A DNA stretch of 64,000 bases from Candidatus Latescibacterota bacterium (GTDB taxonomy: Bacteria > Latescibacterota > UBA2968 > GCA-2709665). Below the pieces are notes generated by a model. The model had not been told where the DNA came from, searched no databases, and saw nothing but the letters and a program-made list of their open reading frames with translations. Below, piece by piece: positions 17,950-27,484 of the stretch. Location: the NCBI GenBank assembly GCA_965116875.1, contig OZ220733.1, forward strand, positions 2,752,001 through 2,816,000. The letters are read 5' to 3'. The number at the start of each line of letters is the position of its first letter. Positions within the stretch are counted from its first letter, which is position 1. The translations under genes were made by a program, and so were the position numbers.

Positions 17950-18930
17950 ATGAAGCGGATACTTTGCATGACACTGATGACCGTTCTCGTGGCCGGCGCA
18001 ATCGGGAACTCGCCCGCGGAAGCGCGGGACGTACCCGAAATCCTCAAGTCCGAGGATTTCCGGAAACTGGGACTGGCGTCGTTTCCGTGGATGAAAGTAA
18101 CCCAGTCCTCGCGAGCGGCGGCTATGGGAGACGCGTTTACGGCCATATCGAACGACATCAACGCGATCTTTTTCAACCCGGCCGGCCTGGTTCACCTGAA
18201 GCGTTTCGGGTACCAGCTTTCCCACACCCGGTGGCTGGTCGACACGGGGTTCTACAGCGGCGCGTTTGCATACCGGACGGGCTGGGGCGTTCTGGGCGCC
18301 AGCGTGTTGAACTACGACGTGGGCGATATGCCGGTACGGACCATATTCAACCCCGAGGGCACGGGAGAGATGATCAAGGGCGGCGGGACCTCCGTGGGCC
18401 TGGCCTATGCGTTTCAGGCAACCGACAAGCTGGGCTTGGGAATCCGGGTGGTATATATCTCGGAGACCCTGCACGTCGACAACATGACCTCCCTCGTTCT
18501 GGACGCCGGCACCCACTTTTACACGGGCTTCAGGAGTTCGCGAATTGCCCTGGCCATGCGGAATTTCGGGCCGGATACCAAGGTGCTGGCGGAAGACCAG
18601 AAATTCCTGATGCCGATGAATTTCGATATCGGCGTGGCCATGGAGCTCTTTGGCGAGATGGACGAGCCGAATTACCTGACGGTTTCTTTCGAGAGTTCCT
18701 ACCAGGTGGACTACGAACAGCGGTGGCAGATCGGCAGTGAGCTCTGGCTATCCAACGCGGTAGCCCTGCGCGCCGGCTACAAGTTCAATCACGACCTGGA
18801 AACGTACAGCTTCGGCGCGGGATTCAAGGGCGATTTTGGCGGCCGGACGGTGCTGGTTGACGTCGCCTATACAGACGTCGGCGAGTTGCTGGATGCACCC
18901 ATTCGGTTCAGCATTGGCGGCGCGTTTTAA
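17950..18930 (+). CDS. PorV/PorQ-family (FadL-like) outer-membrane beta-barrel
   Basis: AAGGAG SD, signal peptide, SRAAAMGDAFTAISNDINAIFFNPAGL, ALRAGYKF, FGAGF, C-terminal RFSIGGAF. Confidence 0.87.
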   Translation: MKRILCMTLMTVLVAGAIGNSPAEARDVPEILKSEDFRKLGLASFPWMKVTQSSRAAAMGDAFTAISNDINAIFFNPAGLVHLKRFGYQLSHTRWLVDTGFYSGAFAYRTGWGVLGASVLNYDVGDMPVRTIFNPEGTGEMIKGGGTSVGLAYAFQATDKLGLGIRVVYISETLHVDNMTSLVLDAGTHFYTGFRSSRIALAMRNFGPDTKVLAEDQKFLMPMNFDIGVAMELFGEMDEPNYLTVSFESSYQVDYEQRWQIGSELWLSNAVALRAGYKFNHDLETYSFGAGFKGDFGGRTVLVDVAYTDVGELLDAPIRFSIGGAF

Positions 18931-19131
18931 TCTCGGATACCTGGGCGGTCCCAACCCGGGCCGCTCATTGTAAACAGCGCTAACGGCGGCGCAATGTGTC
19001 TCCGGCCGGGTCGGCGGGAAGGGGCATTGGCCGCCGTTTTGTTATCGGTGCCCGGATCGGCAGCGAGAGAAGCAGGGCGGGCACAAAGGGACAAACCGGA
19101 CATTTGCCTTCGACCCGGCGTAAGGCGGCCC

Positions 19132-20019
19132 ATGCGTGCCATCGGCTTTTTCTGCTTTTGTCTGATTTGGTGGGGCGTTCTGGCCTGTGGTGGCGCGGAT
19201 GAGCCGCCCACGGGCGCCGTGGAGGAATTCGACCCAGGTAAGGATCGGCCCCTTCCGGTGGGTCTGGTGCGGCTTTTCCGCGGCGTTGAGATGGTTCGGG
19301 TGCCCTCGGGTCACTTCACGATGGGCATGGAGCGCGGCCCGGGGGACCAGCAGCCGGCGCGGGAGGTGTACCTGAGCGCATTCTACATAGACCGGTATGA
19401 AGTGACCAATGCCCTGTATTTCCAGTTCTGGGCCGCTCCGGACGGCGGCAACCGCGAACGGCATACACCGGCCAGCCATGGGTCCACGAACGGTATTGGC
19501 GACTGGCCGGACCGGGCGGAAACCAGGCCGGATTTTCCGGTCGTGGGGATCGACTGGTTCGACGCGGCCGCCTACTGCGCCTGGCGTGGAGCCAGGTTGC
19601 CGACCGAAGCGGAGTGGGAGAAGACCGCGCGCGGAGACGAGGCGAGGGAGCCCTATCCGTGGAACAAGGGGTTGAACGGTTCCCGGGCGAATTACCGGGA
19701 CGGCGACGACGGGTACGACAATACCCTGGCGCCGGTGGGAAATTACCCGGAGGGGGTCAGTTTTTACGGTGCAATGGACCTGGTGGGAAACGTGTGGGAG
19801 TGGTGTGCGGACTACTACGATGCCGAATATTACAAAGTGAGTGCAACCATCGGACCAACGGGACCGGATCAGGGCAAATTCCGGGTACTTCGGGGCGGGT
19901 CCTGGCGGACCGCCGCGGGGCAGGATCCGAACAAGCTCAGCATCACTTTTCGCAGCTGGTCCGATCCTTCGGGAGCCACGGACGGATGGGGCGTCCGTTG
20001 CGCAAGGGACGTAAACTGA
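19132..20019 (+). CDS. FGE/SUMF1-like (EgtB/PvdO family) lipoprotein
   Basis: Lipobox VLAC. FTMG, IDRYEVTN, PVVGIDWFDAAAYCAW, RLPTEAEWEK, DLVGNVWEWCAD, RGGSW, GVRCA. Lacks the FGE catalytic CxxxxC after RGGS. Confidence 0.88.
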   Translation: MRAIGFFCFCLIWWGVLACGGADEPPTGAVEEFDPGKDRPLPVGLVRLFRGVEMVRVPSGHFTMGMERGPGDQQPAREVYLSAFYIDRYEVTNALYFQFWAAPDGGNRERHTPASHGSTNGIGDWPDRAETRPDFPVVGIDWFDAAAYCAWRGARLPTEAEWEKTARGDEAREPYPWNKGLNGSRANYRDGDDGYDNTLAPVGNYPEGVSFYGAMDLVGNVWEWCADYYDAEYYKVSATIGPTGPDQGKFRVLRGGSWRTAAGQDPNKLSITFRSWSDPSGATDGWGVRCARDVN

Positions 20020-20021
20020 GC

Positions 20022-20882
20022 ATGCGCCGGTGCAAGCGGTGGCACGGCGCCTGGTATGTTCTCCTCCTGTGCGCAGGGTGCAGCGGAGGAGAGTCCCTCC
20101 TGGACGAACTGCCCGAGGGGGTCTTCCTGGACCGCACGCCGGCGGGTACCGTGGACACGATGCTGGTCGTAAACGCAGGCGATTTCCTGATGGGCACGAA
20201 TCAGGGTTTCGACCCCGAGGGCCCGGCGCATGTTGTTTATCTCTATTCCTATTATATAGACAAATACGAGGTGACCAACGCACAGTTTCGGGCGTATGTG
20301 CGCGTGACGGGAGCATCGTTGCCGTCTGAATCCGGAAACCCGTTATTTTCCGGAGACCGCCAGCCGGTCGTGGGGGTGACGTGGACGGAAGCGGATGCCT
20401 ATTGCAGGTGGCGGGGTGGACGCCTGCCCACGGAGGCGGAGTGGGAAAAGGCGGCTCGTGGAGCGGACGGACGCACCTACCCCTGGGGTGAGGCAGCGCC
20501 CGGCGCCGACTACGCAATCATGGATCTGGGCGGCAGGTGCGGCCGCACCAACTGGGCGAATCCTTCCGCCGGTCCGGTGCCGGGCGAGTTTTGCAAAACA
20601 CGGCCGGTGGGTTCCAGACCCAGAGGCGCGAGCCCTTACGGGTTGCTGGACATGGCGGGCAACGCCTGGGAGTGGTGCAACGACTGGTACGACGACACGT
20701 ACTACGGTCGCAGTCCCCGGGAAGATCCATCCGGCCCTGCGACTGGGACGTTTCGCGTTGTCAGAGGCAGTTCGTGGCACCACCTGCCCCATTACCTGAA
20801 GACATCCGCCCGGTTCAGATTCTATCCGGACCAGAAGGGCAATTTCATTGGTTTTCGCTGTGCTCGGGACGTACGTCCATAG
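20022..20882 (+). CDS. Second FGE/SUMF1-like lipoprotein
   Basis: Lipobox-like CAGC. IDKYEVTNAQF, RLPTEAEWEKAARG, DMAGNAWEWCND, RGSSW, GFRCA. The upstream part of the track ORF (from 19614) overlaps the previous gene and is not used. Confidence 0.87.
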   Translation: MRRCKRWHGAWYVLLLCAGCSGGESLLDELPEGVFLDRTPAGTVDTMLVVNAGDFLMGTNQGFDPEGPAHVVYLYSYYIDKYEVTNAQFRAYVRVTGASLPSESGNPLFSGDRQPVVGVTWTEADAYCRWRGGRLPTEAEWEKAARGADGRTYPWGEAAPGADYAIMDLGGRCGRTNWANPSAGPVPGEFCKTRPVGSRPRGASPYGLLDMAGNAWEWCNDWYDDTYYGRSPREDPSGPATGTFRVVRGSSWHHLPHYLKTSARFRFYPDQKGNFIGFRCARDVRP

Positions 20883-22029
20883 CCTCTGCGACGGCTCGGT
20901 GGGCCGCACGCTGTGGCAGGGAATGCTGGTGGTCTGCGTTTCGTCCGCCCAACCTCTGGTGGCGAGCGACGTGGGGTTCGCCCTGGAGGACAGCGTTACT
21001 GCCAGGTTGAACGACGCGATCGGACTGACCTCAGGGACGACGGCGGGATTCGGGATGGGGGCGACTCAACGCGCATATCCGCCATTTGCCGAAGCCGCCA
21101 GGCGTGTGGCTGACAGCAGAGGTCAGAGCGGGGCGAAATGGAACCTGACCCGTCCTGCGATCGCTTTCGCGGTCGCGCGGCTCCGGGATGCGCTGGCGAC
21201 CGCCCCTGAATTCGCAGCGGCTCACTACCTGCTGGGCCTGATGGAAGCACGGCAGAGAAAGTACGGCGACGCGCTGGCGGCATACCGGCGGGCGGCCGGG
21301 GCGGGGCCACCCTTTTCCAAAGATCCCATGAAGGCGCTGTTCCTGGGGGCCGTCGCCCGCTGCCAGGCCGCGGCGCAGCAGGTTGCGAAGGGCACCCAGT
21401 TTCTGGACAGGGGAAAGGTCGAGGAGGCGGGAACGGCCTATGCAGAGGCCGTTGCGCTGATGCCGGACTACGCCGAGGCGCAGGCGAACCTGGGTCTCGT
21501 CCGCATGCTCAGCGGAAATCTGGACGGGGCCGTTTCGCGGCAACTGGAGGCCATCCGTCTGGATCCTGACCTCGCCGAGGCGCATTACAATCTGGCCAAT
21601 GCATATTCCCGTCAGGGAAGGCACGAGGAGGCGGTGACCTCGTACGAGGAGGCCATCCGGCTGAAACCGGAAAGCGCGCCGTCCGACTCGGTCGTGTCGG
21701 TTGTCGACGCGAATCAGGGGGCATATACCCGATCGGTCGCCGGGTTTCAGCATGCCATGCGTTACGCGGGCCTTGCCAACGCGTATTTCAATCTCGGCGA
21801 CACCGCGGCAGCGATTGAGGCCTACCGGCACGCGGTCCGCCTTGCCCCGGACTTTGCAGACGGACACTACAATCTGGGCGTCATTCACGAACGGGAGAGG
21901 AACGCGGAGAGCGCCATCGTCCACTGGCGGGCGTATCTGAAACTTGCCCGCAACGATCCGGCACAGAAGGCATGGGTTGAAGACGCCATGGCAAGGCTGA
22001 GTCGGCTGGAAAATTCGCGAAAAGAATAA
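20848..22029 (+). CDS. Tetratricopeptide repeat protein (start uncertain)
   Basis: Repeated PDYAEAQANLG, PDLAEAHYNLA, PDFADGHYNLG TPR units. Stop overlaps next start (TAATG). Confidence 0.82.
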   Translation: MVFAVLGTYVHSLCDGSVGRTLWQGMLVVCVSSAQPLVASDVGFALEDSVTARLNDAIGLTSGTTAGFGMGATQRAYPPFAEAARRVADSRGQSGAKWNLTRPAIAFAVARLRDALATAPEFAAAHYLLGLMEARQRKYGDALAAYRRAAGAGPPFSKDPMKALFLGAVARCQAAAQQVAKGTQFLDRGKVEEAGTAYAEAVALMPDYAEAQANLGLVRMLSGNLDGAVSRQLEAIRLDPDLAEAHYNLANAYSRQGRHEEAVTSYEEAIRLKPESAPSDSVVSVVDANQGAYTRSVAGFQHAMRYAGLANAYFNLGDTAAAIEAYRHAVRLAPDFADGHYNLGVIHERERNAESAIVHWRAYLKLARNDPAQKAWVEDAMARLSRLENSRKE

Positions 22030-23759
22030 TGCGCTTCGGTATGATATGGACAGGTCTCGTGTTTCTCACGAGCCTGGTGGGGAAATGCCCCGCGCAGGGC
22101 GTGACGTTCAGGGACGTGACCGTGGCGGCCGGGATCGGATTCATCCACGACAACGGCGGGTCCGGCAGGGAATATATGCCGGAAACGATGGGGTCCGGGT
22201 GCGCGTTCCGGGACTTTGACGACGATGGGGATGCGGATATTCTATTGATCAACGCCTCCCCGCTCCACGAAGACGCATCAGAACGGCAATCCACGATGGC
22301 GCTCTATCGCAACGATGGAAGCGGGCGCTTTTCGGACGTGACGGCCCTGGCCGGTCTCAAGCAGCCGCTCTACGGGATGGGAAGCGCGGCAGCCGATTAT
22401 GACAATGACGGGGACATCGACCTGTACGTGGCATGTCTGGGCGCCAACCGGCTTTACCGGAATCAGGGAAACGGACGGTTCGAGGACGTCACGGCAGAGA
22501 TGGGGGTGGGTGACTCCACGTGGAGCGTCTGCGCGGTATGGCTGGACTACGACCGGGATGGGGACCTTGACCTTTTCGTGGGAAACTACGTACAGTGGAC
22601 CGCGGAACGGGATGACTGGCTGTCTGCGCGTTCCAACGCCCGATCCTACGCGCCGCAGCTGTACGACCCCGAGTACTCGCGGCTCTACCGCAACGACGGC
22701 AGACGGTTTGTGGACGTCACAGCCGAATCCGGAATCGGCCGAAAACCCGGGAAAGGCATGTCGGCGGTCGCGCTGGATTACAACGGGGACGGATGGCCGG
22801 ATATTCTGATGTCGAACGACACCATGCCCGACTATCTCTACCGCAACAACGGGGACGGCACGTTTACAGAGGATGGCCTGCTGGCGGGCATTGCGTACAG
22901 CGCCGCCGGAGAGGCGAAGTCGGGCATGGGAGTCGACGCGGGAGACGTCCGCAACGCCGGCAGGGAGGACGTGGCCATCGGGAACTTCTCCTACGAAATG
23001 ATTTCCCTGTTTCAGAACCAGGACGGGGCATACTTTACGGACCGGACCCTGCCTTCCGGCGTGGGCCACCCGAGTGCGCCGTTCGTCACGTTCGGGATCT
23101 TCTTCTTCGACTACGATCTGGACGGCCGCCAGGATCTCTTTGCGGCAAACGGACACGTGGACAGCCGGATCCGCCAGACCAGACCCCATCTCAGCTACGC
23201 CCAGCGACCGTTACTCTACCGGAACGAGGGCGACGGCAGCTTCAGGGAAGTTGGCGCCCGATGCGGCGATCTGGCCGATCCCCTGGTTGGGCGCGGCGCC
23301 GCGTATGCGGACTATGACGGCGACGGCGACCTGGATGTCCTGGTAGCCACAAACAACGGTCGCCCCGCGCTCTATCGCAATGAAGGAGGGAACCGGAACC
23401 GTTCCCTGAGGGTAAAACTGATCGGAGGCGGTGCTCCACCGGACGACAGGTACCGCAAGCCGGATGGAGGGGCGACCTGGTCCAACCGGGACGGGATTGG
23501 CGCGAAGGTTCGGCTGCGTTCCGGGGAGTTGACGCAGACGCGTTCCGTCAGGGCGGGATCGAGCTATTGTTCGCAGAGTGAGCTGATATTAACATTCGGC
23601 CTGTCGGGCGCGAGGGCCGCCGACGAGGTTGAGGTGGTCTGGCCTTCCGGTCGGATAGAACGAATCAACAACATTACAGCCGGGCAGACGGTAACCGTTC
23701 GGGAGGGACGGGGAATTGTTGCCGGAACGCCGCTGACAGACGTACCGTCGGCGGACTGA
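22029..23759 (+). CDS. CRTAC1-family protein (FG-GAP/VCBS propeller + ASPIC/UnbV domain)
   Basis: ETMGSG, repeated DYDNDGDIDL / LYRNxG motifs, NRDGIGAKV, GSSYCSQSE..FGL, VVWPSG. Confidence 0.92.
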   Translation: MRFGMIWTGLVFLTSLVGKCPAQGVTFRDVTVAAGIGFIHDNGGSGREYMPETMGSGCAFRDFDDDGDADILLINASPLHEDASERQSTMALYRNDGSGRFSDVTALAGLKQPLYGMGSAAADYDNDGDIDLYVACLGANRLYRNQGNGRFEDVTAEMGVGDSTWSVCAVWLDYDRDGDLDLFVGNYVQWTAERDDWLSARSNARSYAPQLYDPEYSRLYRNDGRRFVDVTAESGIGRKPGKGMSAVALDYNGDGWPDILMSNDTMPDYLYRNNGDGTFTEDGLLAGIAYSAAGEAKSGMGVDAGDVRNAGREDVAIGNFSYEMISLFQNQDGAYFTDRTLPSGVGHPSAPFVTFGIFFFDYDLDGRQDLFAANGHVDSRIRQTRPHLSYAQRPLLYRNEGDGSFREVGARCGDLADPLVGRGAAYADYDGDGDLDVLVATNNGRPALYRNEGGNRNRSLRVKLIGGGAPPDDRYRKPDGGATWSNRDGIGAKVRLRSGELTQTRSVRAGSSYCSQSELILTFGLSGARAADEVEVVWPSGRIERINNITAGQTVTVREGRGIVAGTPLTDVPSAD

Positions 23760-23775
23760 GACAAGGGGGCACATC

Positions 23776-26247
23776 ATGGATACCGGACGTCGATTTCAGC
23801 CTGTCCTTCTTCAGCAATTCTGCGTAGTTGTTCTCCTGTTGGGATTCAACGTACCGGCGCGAGCGGATGCGCTCTCGGTGACGGATTCAATCCTCGCCGT
23901 TGGCGAACGGCAGATGGAGAGCCGCCGGTTCGGCGAGGCGCTGGATACCTTCCTGCGTCTTGCCGAGACCATTCCCGGAGACGCGCAAATACTGACCCGC
24001 CTGGGGCAGGCGCGTCTCAAGGTTGGGGACTTCAAGGGGGCCCAGGAGACATTTGAGGCGGCGCTCGACCTGGATAAGAAGAATGCCGCAGCACACGCCG
24101 GCCTTGCACTCGCGTACGCCGAAATGCCCGCCAAGGGCATAAGCGCCCTCCACAACTTCAGGAGGTCCATCGGGGCGGCCAAAAAGGCCATCGAACTCGA
24201 TCCCGAACAGGCCGACGCGTACCGTGCGCTTGGGGAGGCGCACGAACGATTCAAGGAGGACCACGAAAAGGCGCTCGGACATTTCGACACGTACCTGTCG
24301 ATGGAACCTGACGACCCCGACGGCCTCTACTTCTTCGGCCTGGCTTGTATACAGGCGGAATCCTACGACAGGATCGCCCGTCATATCGTTCCATACGTGG
24401 AAGCCTCTGACGAGGAGACCCGCTTGCTGCCCATCGCCGCCCAGGGCTTCGTCCACGGGGAAAAATACAATGAGGCGCTGGACTATTTTCAACGTTTCCT
24501 GGGAACTGTCGAGCCGCGGGAGCGGGAGTTGTACGAAGACGTCACGAACGTGGCTTCCAGGGAAGAACTCCGGGAGATTCAGGCGCTGACGGACTCGACG
24601 GCGCGTCAGGCCTACCTGGAGCGGTTCTGGCTGCGGCGAGACCCCGACATGATGACCCGAGTCAACGAGCGCATCATCGAGCATTACCGGCGCGTCTGGT
24701 ATGCCCGCACCTTCTTTGCCGATAAGGTCTCGCCCTGGGACAAGCGGGGTGAAGTCTATATCCGATACGGGAAGCCGGACTACCGGTCCCGGTCCTACCA
24801 ACGCGATCTGTCCGTTACCCCCGACGTGGAAGCGGTCCGCATGCGCATGGCGGCCAGTCTCTACGGGGCCGAAGCTTCCTTTATGACGTTTACCGGGCCG
24901 GTGTTTCCGATAAGGGCGTTTCGCCATCCCATTACGCAGCGAACCCAGGACAATCTCCACGGTTTCGGTTCCGCCGATCAGCGTGATGCCAGTTTTCTCG
25001 AAGATGGCTTTACGTCAAACACGGATGCCGCGGATGAAGAGGAGTTCCAGGAGCGCGATCTGGAAGGAACCCCGCTGACCGCGCCGCTCACACGGAGCGA
25101 TTTTGACGACCAGGACGGCGCCCGGTTCGAAGAACTCGGAAATCAGATCGCAAGGATGAAGTTCGGCGACTACATTCCTGTAACCATCCACACCGACATG
25201 GCCACGGTTCCCTGGGAAACCTGGATCTACACGCAGATCCAGGGGGGTATCGAAATCGTGTTTACCGATGAAAACAAGAGCGGTCAGTTCAATTTCGCCC
25301 CGATTCCCCCCGTGACCGGTCTCAATAACCAGCTCGTCAACATCACCCGCCTGGTCAGATACGCTCCCGAGATCATCTACCAGAACGCCGCCCACGAGAC
25401 CCCCGACTATTACCGGCCGGGCATCCAGGGACCCGCCCTGAATTTCTATTACGACCTGGCCAACTTCCAGGGTACCGACGGTCAGACCAACGTCGAGGTC
25501 TACTACGGCATTCCGCCCGAACAGGTCGAAATTGCCGAGCAGGCCGACTCGGCGCAGGTCCTCGTACAGTGCGCGATGGCTCTGGCGGATGCGGCCCATA
25601 CAACAATCTACCGCGATACCCGCGAGTTCTACTACGAAGGACGGGCGGACTTCCATCGGGTCAGGGGCGCATTCTTGCCGGAAATGCTCAAGACCGGGGT
25701 GCCGCCGGGCAAATATGAGCTCCAGGTGCAGATCAAGGACCTGGCTTCCGGGCATACGGGACTCTACAAGCAGGCAGTCGAAGTTCCCGACTACAATGTC
25801 GAAGAGCTCAGGATCAGCGATATCCTGCTGGCTTCTGAAATCGGCGACGCGGATTCGGCCGGCAAATTCAGGAAGGGCGATATCCGGGTCGTGCCGATGC
25901 CCACGAGGAATTACAGAAAAGCGCAGAAGGTGTATGCCTATTACGAGATTTATAACCTGAAAAAGAACCGTTTCGGACAGACCGACTACGAGGTGAAATA
26001 CGTGGTCCGGACGGTTGTGGGGCGATCGGAGGGGGTTGTTGGCGCCGTTGCTTCGCTATTCAAGCGCAGAAAGACGCAGATATCGGTCTCTTACGAACAC
26101 GCGGGAACGGAAACCACCGAACAACAGTACTTTGAAATCGACCTGGACAGGGCCAGGCCGGGCGTACAGGTCCTGGAGGTGAAGATCAAGGACAGGGTCA
26201 GCGGAAAAAGCGACACACGCGAAATTCAGTTTCGTTACGGAATCTGA
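23776..26247 (+). CDS. TPR + GWxTD-domain protein
   Basis: Signal peptide, N-terminal TPRs, ERFWLRRDPD..NER..EHYRRVWYARTFF..WDKRGEVYIRYGKPD, ETWIY, C-terminal Ig-like PGKYELQVQIKD. Confidence 0.82.
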   Translation: MDTGRRFQPVLLQQFCVVVLLLGFNVPARADALSVTDSILAVGERQMESRRFGEALDTFLRLAETIPGDAQILTRLGQARLKVGDFKGAQETFEAALDLDKKNAAAHAGLALAYAEMPAKGISALHNFRRSIGAAKKAIELDPEQADAYRALGEAHERFKEDHEKALGHFDTYLSMEPDDPDGLYFFGLACIQAESYDRIARHIVPYVEASDEETRLLPIAAQGFVHGEKYNEALDYFQRFLGTVEPRERELYEDVTNVASREELREIQALTDSTARQAYLERFWLRRDPDMMTRVNERIIEHYRRVWYARTFFADKVSPWDKRGEVYIRYGKPDYRSRSYQRDLSVTPDVEAVRMRMAASLYGAEASFMTFTGPVFPIRAFRHPITQRTQDNLHGFGSADQRDASFLEDGFTSNTDAADEEEFQERDLEGTPLTAPLTRSDFDDQDGARFEELGNQIARMKFGDYIPVTIHTDMATVPWETWIYTQIQGGIEIVFTDENKSGQFNFAPIPPVTGLNNQLVNITRLVRYAPEIIYQNAAHETPDYYRPGIQGPALNFYYDLANFQGTDGQTNVEVYYGIPPEQVEIAEQADSAQVLVQCAMALADAAHTTIYRDTREFYYEGRADFHRVRGAFLPEMLKTGVPPGKYELQVQIKDLASGHTGLYKQAVEVPDYNVEELRISDILLASEIGDADSAGKFRKGDIRVVPMPTRNYRKAQKVYAYYEIYNLKKNRFGQTDYEVKYVVRTVVGRSEGVVGAVASLFKRRKTQISVSYEHAGTETTEQQYFEIDLDRARPGVQVLEVKIKDRVSGKSDTREIQFRYGI

Positions 26248-26300
26248 TTCCGGGGCAGGCGCGGCAAATCTAGCGCCACCCTCGAAATGAGAGTTGCAAC

Positions 26301-26324
26301 CAGGGCGCAGTACGCTGCGCCCTG
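26301..26324. repeat. Perfect 10-bp REP-like hairpin
   Basis: CAGGGCGCAG-TACG-CTGCGCCCTG, intergenic after the GWxTD gene. Confidence 0.55.
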
Positions 26325-26440
26325 CGTGTATCTGCGAACCCGTCCATCTCTGAAGGCTCTCCGTTGCGGGAGGAAAACGGATATTCTAATGTAGTATGTG
26401 ATAACCCAGGGATCATTGTACAACAGGGAGGAAACTGAGA

Positions 26441-27421
26441 ATGTCTGAAATTCGCGCGGGGCTGATCGGATGCGGAGCGATCGGCGGCGTGCATAGCGAA
26501 GCGGTTTCCGGGCTGCACGGCATACGCATGGCGGCGTTTTGCGACGTGGTTGAAGAGAAGGCGCGCGCCCTTTGTACTCGCTACGGAGGCGACTATGCCA
26601 CCTCCGATGCCGGGCGGATCCTTGCGGATGAGTCGCTGGACACGGTATATATCTGTACACACCACGACACCCACGCGGATTACTGTATCCGGGCGGCCGA
26701 AGCGGGGAAGCATGTTCTCGTGGAAAAGCCCCTCGCGCTGACCGTTGAAGACTGCAGGAGGATCGGCGACGCGGTAGAGCGTGAGGGGATTCAGCTGTTT
26801 ACGGCCTTCAAGATGCGGTATTATCCGATGGTACAGAAAGCCCGGGAACTGATCCCCGAGCCGTTGATGGTGGTGATGCAGATGATGGACAACCGATGGG
26901 GGAATACCTGGGCCAACGATCCCGTCCTGGGAGGAGGCAACGTGTACAGCCAGGGATGTCACTCTTGCGATCTCCTGAGATATGTGGCCGGTTCGGATCC
27001 GAAGGAAGTCTACGCGGCGGGCGGGAACTACTATCAGCCGAACGGCAGGCTGGACAATCTGACCGCCACGTTCAGGTTTGAAAACGGCGCGGCAGGCTGC
27101 TGGATCCAGGGGGATGCCAATCAGCCGGCGATGACGAGCAAGCTGTTCATGGAGATTTTCTCCGAAAACCGGTCCGTGCTGCTTACCGACCGGTTCTGCA
27201 CGCTGACGTATACGGAGACCGGGAGGGAGCCTGTGGTCTACCGCGGCGAAGAGGGTGGATTCGTCGAGGAGAACCGGCTGTTTGTCGAGGCGCTGAGGAC
27301 AGGCGCGCCCATGGCCGCGGACCACGTGGACGGGCTGATGGCCACGCTGATGATGATCCAGGCGGGTCGGAGTATTGATCGCGGACGGCCGGAGCCGGTG
27401 GCGTCGCTTGCAAGGGCCTGA
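26441..27421 (+). CDS. Gfo/Idh/MocA family NAD(P)-dependent oxidoreductase
   Basis: GLIGCGAIG, AGKHVLVEKP, GGGNVYSQGCHSCDLL. GGAGGA SD. Confidence 0.92.
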   Translation: MSEIRAGLIGCGAIGGVHSEAVSGLHGIRMAAFCDVVEEKARALCTRYGGDYATSDAGRILADESLDTVYICTHHDTHADYCIRAAEAGKHVLVEKPLALTVEDCRRIGDAVEREGIQLFTAFKMRYYPMVQKARELIPEPLMVVMQMMDNRWGNTWANDPVLGGGNVYSQGCHSCDLLRYVAGSDPKEVYAAGGNYYQPNGRLDNLTATFRFENGAAGCWIQGDANQPAMTSKLFMEIFSENRSVLLTDRFCTLTYTETGREPVVYRGEEGGFVEENRLFVEALRTGAPMAADHVDGLMATLMMIQAGRSIDRGRPEPVASLARA

Positions 27422-27484
27422 AGCCGCTACAGTGCACATCGTCTGATATCGTTCACATCACAAGTAGAATTGCGAGGTAACGGC

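Noticed and set aside
19132-20882. True formylglycine-generating enzymes
   Set aside because: The catalytic CxxxxC following RGGS is absent, both look like lipoproteins, and no sulfatase is nearby.
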